Origin: a virus
Reading direction: 5' to 3' (one strand)
Length of the DNA: 64,000 nucleotides
IMG/VR virus record: IMGVR_UViG_3300035698_026680
Location: 38,500 to 102,499 of that record
Part shown: piece after piece, positions 49,597 through 59,564 of the stretch
Layout: each line of letters begins with the position of its first letter
Numbering within the stretch: position 1 is the stretch's first letter
Made by a program: the position numbers and the translations under genes
Notes under the pieces: generated by a model
Told to the model about the DNA's origin: nothing
Databases searched by the model: none
Seen by the model: the letters and a program-made list of their open reading frames with translations, nothing else

Positions 49597-50268
49597 TTGA
49601 AATTTATTACTGAACTTCACAATAAGCATCTTAGAAAAGAAATATTCATAGCAGGCTCAGATCCTTCTTTAGATGAATATCCTGATAACTTCTTGGATGG
49701 AAAAATTTCCTTTGCCCTTCACCTTGCCTATTTAAAGTTTCCAAATACAACTTATCGCTATGCCAATGAACAAGACAGAATAGTATGGTTTAAACAACAC
49801 AAACCAGAATACTTTGACAAAATTAATATTTTTGCCTTCCCTTTCTATAAAAAAACCGAAAGACAAATGAATCAACTAATAGACCTAGAAAGGCCTTATT
49901 TTTTGATTTTAAGACCCTTTCCTTCTGAAGATATAAAAATTATTAGTCAAATGGTAAAAGATGCTAAGAATGGTAAAAGAATAGATTTTGGGGGGCACGG
50001 GAGTTGTCTTCATGCCTGTATGTATACTGCGATAATGATGGGGGCCAATCCAATAAATATCATTGGCTGTAATCACGAGTCAAAAGATAAATTGGAACAT
50101 TTTAAGTTAGGAAATGACAATAATCAATATCGGAAGAATTCTACCCCTTATGCAATAAAGGGAAAGATTATGAAAAAAGGAACTGAACTTTTAATTAAAG
50201 CCTGTGTTAATAATAATATAAAAGTTAATTGGCTAAAAAACCATGAACAAGCTTTGCATATCAATTAG
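49597..50268 (+). CDS. DUF115/Maf-like (sialyltransferase-fold) protein
   Basis: LHNKH ... IFIAGSDPSL ... MGANPINIIG; paralog of 51090-51755. Confidence 0.65.
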   Translation: MKFITELHNKHLRKEIFIAGSDPSLDEYPDNFLDGKISFALHLAYLKFPNTTYRYANEQDRIVWFKQHKPEYFDKINIFAFPFYKKTERQMNQLIDLERPYFLILRPFPSEDIKIISQMVKDAKNGKRIDFGGHGSCLHACMYTAIMMGANPINIIGCNHESKDKLEHFKLGNDNNQYRKNSTPYAIKGKIMKKGTELLIKACVNNNIKVNWLKNHEQALHIN

Positions 50269-51106
50269 GGGTTTTAAACGACCTGGATATTTAAAACAAT
50301 GTTTAGAATCCTTAGAAAATAATTCAGATTTAGATGTTGATTTTTTCTTCATTCAAGACGGAGCAGTTAATCCATTTTCAGGAATAAGACGTGCAACCGA
50401 TGAAGAAATAAAGGAATCTTTAAGAGTTTTTCAAAATTCTAAATTGCCCAATAAAACAATTTTTGTTAGTCAACATAATTTGGGTCCAATTATTAGAAAT
50501 AAGCTTCAATTAGAATACATCTTTCCCTTATATGAATATGGTGTGCTTATTGATAATGACCTTATTTTTAATAAATATTATATTAAAACATTAAAGATTT
50601 TATTCGAGCAGTTCAAAAATAGCGATGCTGGCTCAATCCAAACATCTTTCAGACACCACGGGAATAATATCCAGTCTTTAGAAGATGCTATTAAACTTCA
50701 GAATAAAGTAACTTTTGGACATTCTCATAGATGGGAGATTGGATTATGGAGAGAAAGCTGGGACAAAATCAAACCCATTATTGCCCCGTATTTTAAACTA
50801 ACTGAAAGAGTTGATTTCAGAGAATTTTTATACAATAGTTCTGTTTACAAAGATATTCGAAATAAATGCAGGGATATTTACGGGTGTCAACACGGGTCAG
50901 GAGATACTCCGACAGAAGATTTTGTTTTAGAAAAATCAGTAGAAAAAGCAGGATATAAAGGATTGCATACATTGACATTACGACACAAAACAATTGGAGA
51001 AAAAGGAATGTTTAGTTTTAGGTCAACTCGATTTAAGGACGGAGAATACGGGAAAATCAAACTACATAACATCGGGAATATCGATAAATATGAAATTAGT
51101 AATTGA
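50243..51106 (+). CDS. GT-A-fold glycosyltransferase
   Basis: KRPGYL ... IQDG ... IDND. Confidence 0.72.
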   Translation: MNKLCISIRGFKRPGYLKQCLESLENNSDLDVDFFFIQDGAVNPFSGIRRATDEEIKESLRVFQNSKLPNKTIFVSQHNLGPIIRNKLQLEYIFPLYEYGVLIDNDLIFNKYYIKTLKILFEQFKNSDAGSIQTSFRHHGNNIQSLEDAIKLQNKVTFGHSHRWEIGLWRESWDKIKPIIAPYFKLTERVDFREFLYNSSVYKDIRNKCRDIYGCQHGSGDTPTEDFVLEKSVEKAGYKGLHTLTLRHKTIGEKGMFSFRSTRFKDGEYGKIKLHNIGNIDKYEISN

Positions 51107-51755
51107 ATTACACAACAAGCATAAAAACCAACCAATCTGGATAGTCGGATCTGATCCTACTATCAGTGACTATCCTGACGATTTCCTTGATAATAAAATC
51201 GGGATTACGCTTCATTTGGCACACATGAAGTTCCCAGACGCTACTTATAGATATGCCAATGAGCTAGATAGGGTGCTTTTTTTGAAAAAATGGGATAAAG
51301 ACTATTTGAGTAAAAAGAATCTTTTTGCCTGGCCCTTTTATAATAAGTCTGAAGAAAAATCTAAGGAAGCAACTAAAGGGGCAGATCTAGCATACTATCT
51401 GTTGTTAAAGCCTTACCCGTCTATAAAACTAATGAAATCAAGGGTAACTGAAGCAATTAATGCTAAGTCAAATTTATATGGTGGAGATGGTACTTGTCTT
51501 CATGCTTGTATGTATGTAGCAATAATGATGGGTTGTAATCCAATAAACATCATTGGTTGTGGATTTCAGACAATAAAAGGCAGGGAACATTTTGATAAGG
51601 CTAATAAAATTGACCAAAAAATGAGACCGAAACAACTACCTTTTTCTGCACCACTTAGAAGAAATAGAATGATACGGGGGTTTAATGCAATTATCGAAGA
51701 GTGTGCAAAACATAATATTACTGTAAATAGACACCTAAAATATCATGCCGAGTGA
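51090..51755 (+). CDS. DUF115/Maf-like protein
   Basis: LHNKHKNQPIWIVGSDP ... MGCNPINIIG. Confidence 0.65.
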   Translation: MKLVIELHNKHKNQPIWIVGSDPTISDYPDDFLDNKIGITLHLAHMKFPDATYRYANELDRVLFLKKWDKDYLSKKNLFAWPFYNKSEEKSKEATKGADLAYYLLLKPYPSIKLMKSRVTEAINAKSNLYGGDGTCLHACMYVAIMMGCNPINIIGCGFQTIKGREHFDKANKIDQKMRPKQLPFSAPLRRNRMIRGFNAIIEECAKHNITVNRHLKYHAE

Positions 51756-52263
51756 AATGCGAATAGCCATCTTTGGGGCTATGGAACACTATAAAAGGCT
51801 TTTAAAGCCCGAGAACAAGGGCTGGAAGGTCTTAGAAGTAGGAATTGACGGTGATCCGAAGCCTGGTGGAAACTATAAATACTTTGGAATAGGGAACGAA
51901 TATAAAACCCTAGACATTCTTAAAAGAGTAAATCCTGATATAGTAGCCGACATTTGCGATACTAAACTACCAAAAGAAAAATGGGATTTGATAATTCTAA
52001 GCCAAACACTAGAGCATATTTTTGATTTCAAGGCATCAATAAAAGAGTGTTATCGTTTGTTAAAATTCAATGGATATTTGATAGTTGACTGCCCATTTTT
52101 CTATCCCTATCACGGAGTAAGGGGGGATGAAGGCTACGAAGATTACTGGCGAATATCTCATACCGCCATGAAAAGATTACTAGAAGAAGTTGGCTTCAAA
52201 CACGGAAAAGCGGCTTGCTTTAATGACATATTAACATCAGCAATGGTGAGAAAGGCAAAATGA
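51745..52263 (+). CDS. SAM-dependent methyltransferase (type 11-like)
   Basis: VLEVG, LEHI, DYWR. Confidence 0.82.
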   Translation: MPSEMRIAIFGAMEHYKRLLKPENKGWKVLEVGIDGDPKPGGNYKYFGIGNEYKTLDILKRVNPDIVADICDTKLPKEKWDLIILSQTLEHIFDFKASIKECYRLLKFNGYLIVDCPFFYPYHGVRGDEGYEDYWRISHTAMKRLLEEVGFKHGKAACFNDILTSAMVRKAK

Positions 52264-52775
52264 AAACTTGTTTTTTAGATTTTGATGATTTTAGCGAAAA
52301 GAATAGTCGTCTAGATTGGCTTTGGCAATTAAGAGAAGCATTTCCCAATTTTAAGGTAAACCTATTTACTATTCCAGGTGATTGCAATGTAACATTTTTG
52401 AATTATATTAAAAACCTTGAATGGATTCAGCTTTGTGTTCATGGATATAACCATGAAAATAAAGAAGATGTTTCAGAAAAAGCCTTAAAAATGCTTACTT
52501 CATTTTATAGATATAAAAGGATTTACCGCGCCCCTTTTTGGCAACTATCAGACACTATGTACAAGAGACTTAAAAAGCTAAATTATAAAATAATGATCCA
52601 TCCTGACGATCCAAGAGAAGGAGTTAAGTACAACTGGAATATTAAAGACTCGCCACCGCCTTTAAAAATCCTTCACGGACATGGCCATATCCAAGATACT
52701 CAAGGAAATGGGCTAGTAGAAGCATTTGGAAATATTATGAAATTGCCGAAAGATACTAAGTTTAAATTTTTATGA
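52260..52775 (+). CDS. Polysaccharide deacetylase-like (NodB/DUF2334) protein
   Basis: DFDD, HGYNH, RAPFW. Confidence 0.7.
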   Translation: MKTCFLDFDDFSEKNSRLDWLWQLREAFPNFKVNLFTIPGDCNVTFLNYIKNLEWIQLCVHGYNHENKEDVSEKALKMLTSFYRYKRIYRAPFWQLSDTMYKRLKKLNYKIMIHPDDPREGVKYNWNIKDSPPPLKILHGHGHIQDTQGNGLVEAFGNIMKLPKDTKFKFL

Positions 52776-53338
52776 AAGTACCAAAAGATTACCAGGCAAT
52801 ACAAACAAGTAGATCTTCCACAAGTCGTGGGATTAAATGGGGAAAGCGAGCCAAAGAATCCGTAGATAGATATCTAAGTCTTTTTAAAGGCAAGATACTA
52901 GAAGTAGGCTGTAATGATGGTCTTGCTATGGAGCATATGCAAGGATATAGACTTGAAGTAGAAGGAATAGACATTGCTAAACATAAATTAGAAATTGCCA
53001 AAAAGCATGGTCTTAAAGTCCAATTCGCTTATCAAGAAAAGATGCCCTTTAAAGATAAATCATTTGATACAATCTTTTCTTCCCACACACTAGAGCATAG
53101 TTACGATGCAGAACAGACCGCCAGAGAATATCAACGAGTAGCCAAAAGAGCAATTATCATTGTTCCCATTGAGCCAAAGACAGCTTCGCCCGAAGTGCAT
53201 CTAAGCTCTTTTCGCTCAGGAAAAGATTTGATTAACCTGTTTAAAGACAAAGGGGTAATAATTTTAAAAGAAGCACGCAACGAAATTCAGCCTGAGTATG
53301 TAATTATTATTGATTTTGGAGTATCACATGCAATCTAA
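52772..53338 (+). CDS. SAM-dependent methyltransferase
   Basis: LEVGCNDG, GID, MPFKDKSFD, HTLEH. Confidence 0.88.
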   Translation: MKVPKDYQAIQTSRSSTSRGIKWGKRAKESVDRYLSLFKGKILEVGCNDGLAMEHMQGYRLEVEGIDIAKHKLEIAKKHGLKVQFAYQEKMPFKDKSFDTIFSSHTLEHSYDAEQTAREYQRVAKRAIIIVPIEPKTASPEVHLSSFRSGKDLINLFKDKGVIILKEARNEIQPEYVIIIDFGVSHAI

Positions 53339-53526
53339 GTTCGAAAAAATAATGAAATGGATTTCGAAAAATCACGAACATCATTATAATAGTGAAAATT
53401 TTTCTATTGACTTAGAAACAGGAAATAAAAAATACAACGATGGTAAAAAATGTAAATGTATAGACGGTAATCAAGCGTATGTTAACAGTTTAAAGTTAGA
53501 AAAATTTATTAAAAAATTATATAAAA

Positions 53527-54255
53527 ATGAAGCCAAAAATTAGTGTAATTATCGCCACTTATAATAGACCAGCTTTGCTTCAAAGAGCAATCAATAGTGT
53601 CTTGGCTCAAACATTTAAAGATTTTGAATTGATTGTCGTTGACGATCACTCAGATAAACCACCCAATTTCAAACTTCCAGATGGCGAAGATAGAGTTGTG
53701 GGGATGAGATTGCCATACAACACAGGATATTTTGTTAAGCCAAGAAACATAGGAATTATGATTGCTCGCGGAGACTATATTGCCTACTTAGACGATGACA
53801 ATGTTTATCTTCCAAACCACCTAGAAGTTCTTTATAAAGCGATTACTAAGAAAAATGCCGATATTGCTTACGGGGATAGAGTTTATAAAAGCACTAATCC
53901 CAATGAAGCGAAGTTTATGGGCAAACAAAGCTATCCCTACAATTTGAAGCAAATAAACCAAGGGAACTATATTGACACTTCAGATATTTTGCACACTATT
54001 CAAGCAATTAATGATGTCGGATTCTGGGATTTATTTTGGATCAGAAAAGCAGATTGGCTTTTAATGGTCAAGTTTGGAAAGGCAGGAATGAAGATAGTCC
54101 ATGCTCCCGAAGTAATTACCGAGTATTGGTGGCACGATGATAACATTGGACAGAAAAATCCCCTAGGTGGAGAGTTCCCACAATCAACAAAGCCATTTAG
54201 AAAACATGTAGTTAGTCTGGCAGGTGGCGTGGCTAAAGGAGATAAAAAATCATGA
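53527..54255 (+). CDS. Glycosyltransferase, GT2 family
   Basis: SVIIATYNR, VDDHS, RNIG, YLDDDN. Confidence 0.93.
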   Translation: MKPKISVIIATYNRPALLQRAINSVLAQTFKDFELIVVDDHSDKPPNFKLPDGEDRVVGMRLPYNTGYFVKPRNIGIMIARGDYIAYLDDDNVYLPNHLEVLYKAITKKNADIAYGDRVYKSTNPNEAKFMGKQSYPYNLKQINQGNYIDTSDILHTIQAINDVGFWDLFWIRKADWLLMVKFGKAGMKIVHAPEVITEYWWHDDNIGQKNPLGGEFPQSTKPFRKHVVSLAGGVAKGDKKS

Positions 54256-54580
54256 AACAATCAATAGCAAAAAAACAAATAGCTAAACTTCTAAACAAAA
54301 TGCCCGAAGTAAAATGGGATAGATATGTTCATTATCGAAAAACAGAATATGTTTTCTTTGGTTGGATTGATCGCGACAAAGATACATATAAAGATTTCTT
54401 TGTATTATTTATAACAACCAAAGAAGGGAAAGCAGATGCTTATACTTATGTTATATCATCAGCAAAGCTAACTAAAAAAGTTAGTCCAAGATACGGATTT
54501 CCAACCACAGAACATGAAGACTGTATTAGGGTAGAATCCTTATTTTCCAATAATGAAGTTAATACAATAAAGTTGTAAAC

Positions 54581-55261
54581 ATGAAAGTAGCTCTGTTCAC
54601 TCTAACAAAAGATAGACTGGAATATACAAAAAGAACTTTCGAAAGTCTTACAAAAAAGACTCATGTTTCTTATGACCATTTTATTTTAGATCAAAATAGC
54701 AAAGATGGCACTGTAAAATGGCTTGAGCAATTCACTCATCAATTAGGGAAATGCTATGTTTATCCGCTTACTTTGAATATTGGAATCAATCGGGGAGTGA
54801 ACTTTATTATAGAGAAAATTGGCAAAGAGTACGATATTATCGTTAAAATAGACAATGATGTCGAGATAAAAACTGATGGCTGGTTGCAGAAGTGCCTTAG
54901 TGTTTTGGATAAGAAAATGCTTATCTCTCCGTTTGTTAAGGGTTTAATAGACAATAGAGAAGGAGTGGGAAGAATCGGACTTGATAAAAAAAAGCTAGTA
55001 GGATGGACTTCTTTTATTGGCGGTATTTGTATGATAGGATTTAGAAGGGCATGGAGTGAAGATTCAGGCGGATGGGAATTTCCAGTTCCTAAGCATGCTG
55101 GCGGAGATAGATCATTTTGTAAAAAGCTTAGTCTAGTAGGGTATAGATTTGGTTACAAAGAAGATGTAGTTATTAGGCATATCGATACCACTGCTGGACA
55201 AAGAGAAAAGTATAAAGGCTATTTTTCGTTGAGAAAGCAAGAGAGAGTTAATATAATATAG
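54581..55261 (+). CDS. Glycosyltransferase, GT2 family
   Basis: LDQNSKDGT, NIGI, KIDND. Confidence 0.85.
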   Translation: MKVALFTLTKDRLEYTKRTFESLTKKTHVSYDHFILDQNSKDGTVKWLEQFTHQLGKCYVYPLTLNIGINRGVNFIIEKIGKEYDIIVKIDNDVEIKTDGWLQKCLSVLDKKMLISPFVKGLIDNREGVGRIGLDKKKLVGWTSFIGGICMIGFRRAWSEDSGGWEFPVPKHAGGDRSFCKKLSLVGYRFGYKEDVVIRHIDTTAGQREKYKGYFSLRKQERVNII

Positions 55262-55264
55262 TTA

Positions 55265-55750
55265 GTGACTAAAAAACTTACAGAGAAGCATAAAGAAAAA
55301 ATAAGACAGGCTCATTTGGGTAAAAAGCGTCCACTGCGATCTAAAAGATGGAGTAGAAAAATTAGTAAGGCTTTAACAGGAAAAAAACGCAAACCATTTT
55401 CGAGAAAACATAGAAGAAATATAGCCAAGACACATAGGGGAGTAAAAAGTAATTTTTGGAAAGGTGGAATTACGTCTGAGCATTTAAAAATTAGAGCATC
55501 TATTGAACATCGACTTTGGCGAGAATCGGTTTTTGCTAGGGATAATTGGACTTGCCAGAAATGCTTGGAAAGGGGTGGAGAATTACATCCACATCATATT
55601 AAGAACTTTGCTCGATATCTGAAATTACGATTTGTAGTAGACAATGGAATTACTTTTTGCAAAGAAGATCATGATAAATTTCATAAAATATATGGAAAAA
55701 AGAACAATACTAAAGAGCAGGTAGAGAAATTCTTAAAGAAGATGTTATAA
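55265..55750 (+). CDS. NUMOD3-HNH homing endonuclease
   Basis: HKEKIRQAHLG repeats, WKGG, RDNWTCQKC, HHIK, NGITFC...H. Confidence 0.9.
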   Translation: MTKKLTEKHKEKIRQAHLGKKRPLRSKRWSRKISKALTGKKRKPFSRKHRRNIAKTHRGVKSNFWKGGITSEHLKIRASIEHRLWRESVFARDNWTCQKCLERGGELHPHHIKNFARYLKLRFVVDNGITFCKEDHDKFHKIYGKKNNTKEQVEKFLKKML

Positions 55751-55839
55751 TCAAACACATTGAGACTACGACAGGGCAACACGAGAAATATCCTGAGTAT
55801 TTTAAAAAAAGAATAGTTGAAAGGCGAAAGGTGTTTTAA
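55735..55839 (+). pseudogene. Displaced alternative 3' end of the GT2 gene 54581-55261
   Basis: Reads KEDVIIKHIETTTGQHEKYPEYF, versus KEDVVIRHIDTTAGQREKYKGYF in the GT2. Confidence 0.8.
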
Positions 55840-55998
55840 ATGACAATGCTAAAAAAATATCAATGCCAAGACTGCAAGCACAAATTTACTAGAATTCCTA
55901 GTTTAAAATTCATTAAGACGGTACTACCACCATGTCCTACTTGCAATTCGGATGACATTCAAAGTATTAGCTATATTGAAAAAAAGAAAAAGAAGTAG
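55840..55998 (+). CDS. Small zinc-ribbon (FmdB-like) protein, absent from the ORF track
   Basis: YQCQDCKHKF ... CPTCNS. Confidence 0.6.
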   Translation: MTMLKKYQCQDCKHKFTRIPSLKFIKTVLPPCPTCNSDDIQSISYIEKKKKK

Positions 55999-56009
55999 TA
56001 TTCTTAGAT

Positions 56010-56039
56010 TTGACAAGTAGTTGTTCTATCTAATATACT
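56010..56039 (+). promoter_or_regulatory. sigma70-type promoter of the head operon
   Basis: TTGACA-N18-TATACT. Confidence 0.7.
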
Positions 56040-56169
56040 TGTTCCAGTTAAAGTTTTAGTTAAGAGTTCCAGTAAGAGTCTTGCATAGATTTTCTGAAAA
56101 TCTACATAAGTTTTGAGTAGATTTAGAAATTCTTGCGTAGATCTAGGCTCAGAAGGGAACTCTTTTTAT

Positions 56170-56472
56170 ATGTTTATTATCTATAATTGCGGATACCGAA
56201 GAGTCCTGGGCCTTCAAGGGAAGTACACTTATAAGCGGTACAAATTTGTAAAAAAGCATGTTACCGAAGTAGACGATAAAGATGGAGAAGCATTTTTGAA
56301 GATGACTTCTAAAAACATCACTTGGTGTCCTACTAATGATAAGTCACTACCGCCCTTTATGAGACTCAAAGAATGGTGTGCAGGTAAAAAGGGTCGTTTC
56401 GATTTTCAGCCTTTGAAAATATATGACCCTGAGAAGTATAAAAGTTTATTTCTTGTCAAAAAGGGGAAATGA
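56170..56472 (+). CDS. hypothetical protein
   Basis: ATG after a structured leader; precedes the protease. Confidence 0.6.
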   Translation: MFIIYNCGYRRVLGLQGKYTYKRYKFVKKHVTEVDDKDGEAFLKMTSKNITWCPTNDKSLPPFMRLKEWCAGKKGRFDFQPLKIYDPEKYKSLFLVKKGK

Positions 56473-56476
56473 AGTT

Positions 56477-57925
56477 ATGAAAAAAAATACCATACAAAAA
56501 TTTAGGTTTACGATCCCCATTATTAAGACAAGTGTTTTGGTAGTAAAAGACGAAAAGGGGAACGATGTAGAAGAAAGATATGTTGAAGGAATCGCTTCTG
56601 GAACAGAATTAGACAAGCATGGTGATAGAATGGCTCCTTCAGCCATTGAGTCCATGGCAAAATCTCTTAAACAGCATGTTATTGCTTTAAATAGTGAACA
56701 CGACACTTCTTGGCTGGGAGAATTGGGAGACATTGCTCACCTGGGAGTTTCTAAAGACGATGATTTGGAAATCAAAGCCAAGCTGAATGAGATGAGTTCT
56801 TCCAATGATTTATGGTATGCTCTTACAAAGCAAAATAAGAAACTCGGACTATCCATCGGTGGTTATGTAAAAGACTACGAAATGGTTAAGGAAGGCAAGG
56901 GCGAAGATGCAAAATGGGTTCGACTTTACAAAAAGATTGATTTAGACCACATTGCAGTTACTTCCCGACCAGCGTATCCAAAATCCTGGGTTTCAAATAT
57001 TGCCAAATCAATAAGCGATGATGATAAAAGTCTATTAAAGAAAGTAAAATCAAAGAAAGTAAAGAAAGGTGCAAGAACTGCACAAAAAGAAAAAGAAAGA
57101 AAATTAAGACAATTTGCGACAAGAATAGTAAGGAGTTTACAGGATATGGAAGCAGATTTGCTTCTAGAGTTAGCTTACGCAGGACTACAATTCTGTGACA
57201 AGGAACAGTTATTATTAATTGAAAGGATTCTTCCCATGAAAAAGCAAGATGTCTCACTGGAAGCTAAAAAGGCCAAGAAAAAGGCCGATGCCAAAGTCAA
57301 GTCCGAAGACGAAAAGGCTGAAAATTTAGCAGCCCCAGAGAATGAGTCATCCGAAGATGAATCTGAAGAAAAAGAAGAAGCCAAGGAAAAAGGCAAAGAA
57401 GGAAAAGAGAAATCTGATGCTTCTAAGTCTGATTCTAAGGAATCTAAAGATTCTAAAGAGAAGTCTAAAGATGAGTCGGACGATGAGAGTGAAGGTAAGG
57501 ACGAAGGCAAAAAGAATTCAGAAAAAGAAGAAGCTGATGAGTCAGACGATTCCGAGTCGGAAGACAAGGAAAAAGATGAAGAATCAGAGAAATCTTCTAA
57601 AAAATCTGAAAAGAAGGAAGGCTCTGGGAAACTTTTAAAGGCCATGAAGACTGTAGAGAAGGCCATGAAAAAGATTCTAAAAAGCAATGAGACTCTCGCC
57701 AAGAGAGTTAAAGAGCTTGAGAGTCAGCCCGCAGATCGTAAAACCATCGAAGTCCACAAGGAACTCGGTGATGATGACAACGCAAACTTCGGAAGCCCTG
57801 AAGAAGCGACAAAGAAAAGGGACAAAGAAATTGCGAAGGTAAGAAAATCTAGTGTCAACGATCCACAGCTTTTCGCTAAGATTCAAAAGGTCCGAGCCAA
57901 ATACGCTCCCTACACTAGCGAGTAA
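56477..57925 (+). CDS. HK97-type prohead protease fused to an acidic scaffold-like region
   Basis: VEGIAS ... DKHGD ... EH ... GLSIGG ... HIAVTSRPAYP, then an E/K/S/D-rich region and a coiled coil. Confidence 0.88.
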   Translation: MKKNTIQKFRFTIPIIKTSVLVVKDEKGNDVEERYVEGIASGTELDKHGDRMAPSAIESMAKSLKQHVIALNSEHDTSWLGELGDIAHLGVSKDDDLEIKAKLNEMSSSNDLWYALTKQNKKLGLSIGGYVKDYEMVKEGKGEDAKWVRLYKKIDLDHIAVTSRPAYPKSWVSNIAKSISDDDKSLLKKVKSKKVKKGARTAQKEKERKLRQFATRIVRSLQDMEADLLLELAYAGLQFCDKEQLLLIERILPMKKQDVSLEAKKAKKKADAKVKSEDEKAENLAAPENESSEDESEEKEEAKEKGKEGKEKSDASKSDSKESKDSKEKSKDESDDESEGKDEGKKNSEKEEADESDDSESEDKEKDEESEKSSKKSEKKEGSGKLLKAMKTVEKAMKKILKSNETLAKRVKELESQPADRKTIEVHKELGDDDNANFGSPEEATKKRDKEIAKVRKSSVNDPQLFAKIQKVRAKYAPYTSE

Positions 57926-57980
57926 AGAGTAAAAGTTTAAGTTTTTATATTATTTAACACTCAAGCAAAGGACTACAAGA

Positions 57981-59000
57981 ATGAAAAATCAGAAGCAAAA
58001 CGTTCTGAGACAAAACCTACTTGCAGCCGCCGCTCTTTTAGAAAAGTCGGCAAGGCTTGATCGTGGCGTGGATGAAGCAGCATCAATGCTGATGAAGGAT
58101 GCCATTTATACTACAACTTCTGGAGCGTTCGCGCAAAGGGAGCACCTTGACACACAAATCGGGGACATTACCCGAAGAAACACTCCGTTCTTGGACAGAG
58201 TGGCCAAGGTAAAGGCAAATGGTAAAACTCATGAATGGGACATGGTTACGGCACTCGGTTCTAACGACACAGCTGTCGCCGAATGCGGTACTCCAGTCGA
58301 AAATGACGCAACAATCACTCGCTATAGTGCACAAATTAAGACATACGCTACTTCGGTAAAGGTCTGTGATTTGGCACAATGGGCGTCAAGTGATTACTTT
58401 GACCTAATGAATCTTCATTTGGAAAAAGGAATGCGCAAGATTCTCCATGATGTAGAGAAAAAAATCTACTACGGTAATAACGCTGGCCTAAGTGCCAACG
58501 ATTTTACTGGCCTATACAAGCTGATCGCAGATTTTGCGGGTGCGGCAAATACCATTAACGCTCTGACGAATCCTATTTCTCAGACCTACATCGATAACGC
58601 TATTCAAGCGATTGTTGATAACGGTGGTATGCCAACCCACATGTTTATGGGAGCTAAAGACTTGAGAGATTTCGCAGCTCTTTGGGCTAACAAGGTCGTT
58701 TATAACGACCCAAAGGCTGGGATGACATTTGGATACAATGTAGCTCGCTACATGTCATGGGCCGGACCAATCGATATTGTTCTCGATCCGTTCTTGACAG
58801 CGGCTAATTCTCCAAATAATCCCCAGACCGATGTGTTCATCGTTGATATGAACGAAATTGCTCTTGCTCAAACAGAACCAATGTATAGGCTACCCGCCTA
58901 TCGTGCGCTAGACCTAGCTGAAACTCAAACAGTGGTCTGGAACATTGTATTGGAAGTGCGTGTCCCTCAGTGGCAATCTGTAATCAAGAACCTAGGTTAA
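57981..59000 (+). CDS. Major capsid protein
   Basis: Follows the protease; TPFL ... THEW ... EKKIYYG ... FTGL; higher GC than its neighbours. Confidence 0.85.
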   Translation: MKNQKQNVLRQNLLAAAALLEKSARLDRGVDEAASMLMKDAIYTTTSGAFAQREHLDTQIGDITRRNTPFLDRVAKVKANGKTHEWDMVTALGSNDTAVAECGTPVENDATITRYSAQIKTYATSVKVCDLAQWASSDYFDLMNLHLEKGMRKILHDVEKKIYYGNNAGLSANDFTGLYKLIADFAGAANTINALTNPISQTYIDNAIQAIVDNGGMPTHMFMGAKDLRDFAALWANKVVYNDPKAGMTFGYNVARYMSWAGPIDIVLDPFLTAANSPNNPQTDVFIVDMNEIALAQTEPMYRLPAYRALDLAETQTVVWNIVLEVRVPQWQSVIKNLG

Positions 59001-59040
59001 AAATCAGTCGTTTAACATTAGTATTAGTAAGAGATTATCG

Positions 59041-59078
59041 AAGAGGAAGGTCGGTCTACCCACTTGCCTTCCTCTTTT
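59041..59078 (+). terminator. Putative intrinsic terminator after the capsid gene
   Basis: AAGAGGAAGG / CCTTCCTCTT stem followed by TT. Confidence 0.55.
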
Positions 59079-59120
59079 ATCAAGTGTTATACTGCATTAG
59101 TTAGAGCAAGGAGATTTATT

Positions 59121-59546
59121 ATGAAAAAAGATTTAGTTATAGTCAGAAGTAAAACCGTAAACAATGAATCCGTTCCAGTTGTTTACTATCTAAGAAAAAA
59201 GTTTGGCGGAATTAAAGAAACAAGAGAAATCAGCCGAAGCTATGTTTTTACAAAGTTTCGAGCTAAAATGCTTTTAAGACACGCTCTTGCCTTGGTAAAA
59301 TCGAATCCTAAAGAATTTCAAATCCTTAAACCTGCTAGTAAGAGATTTAGCAAGAAGGTTGCACAGGCATTAAAGATAGTGATGGAAGAAAAAGTAAGTG
59401 AGATTGTTTGCAAAATCTGTAGAAAAGATGGATTTAAAAGCAATGCGGGATTAATAGGACACATTCGATTTAAACATCCAGAAAAGTTTCAAGAGATGTA
59501 TCCGTCTAAACCAAAGAAAAAGTCTAAAAAGAAAACTAAAAAATAA
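59121..59546 (+). CDS. Basic protein with a C2H2-like zinc finger
   Basis: CKIC ... GHIRFKH. Confidence 0.6.
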   Translation: MKKDLVIVRSKTVNNESVPVVYYLRKKFGGIKETREISRSYVFTKFRAKMLLRHALALVKSNPKEFQILKPASKRFSKKVAQALKIVMEEKVSEIVCKICRKDGFKSNAGLIGHIRFKHPEKFQEMYPSKPKKKSKKKTKK

Positions 59547-59564
59547 CTTTGATAGGAGACAATA

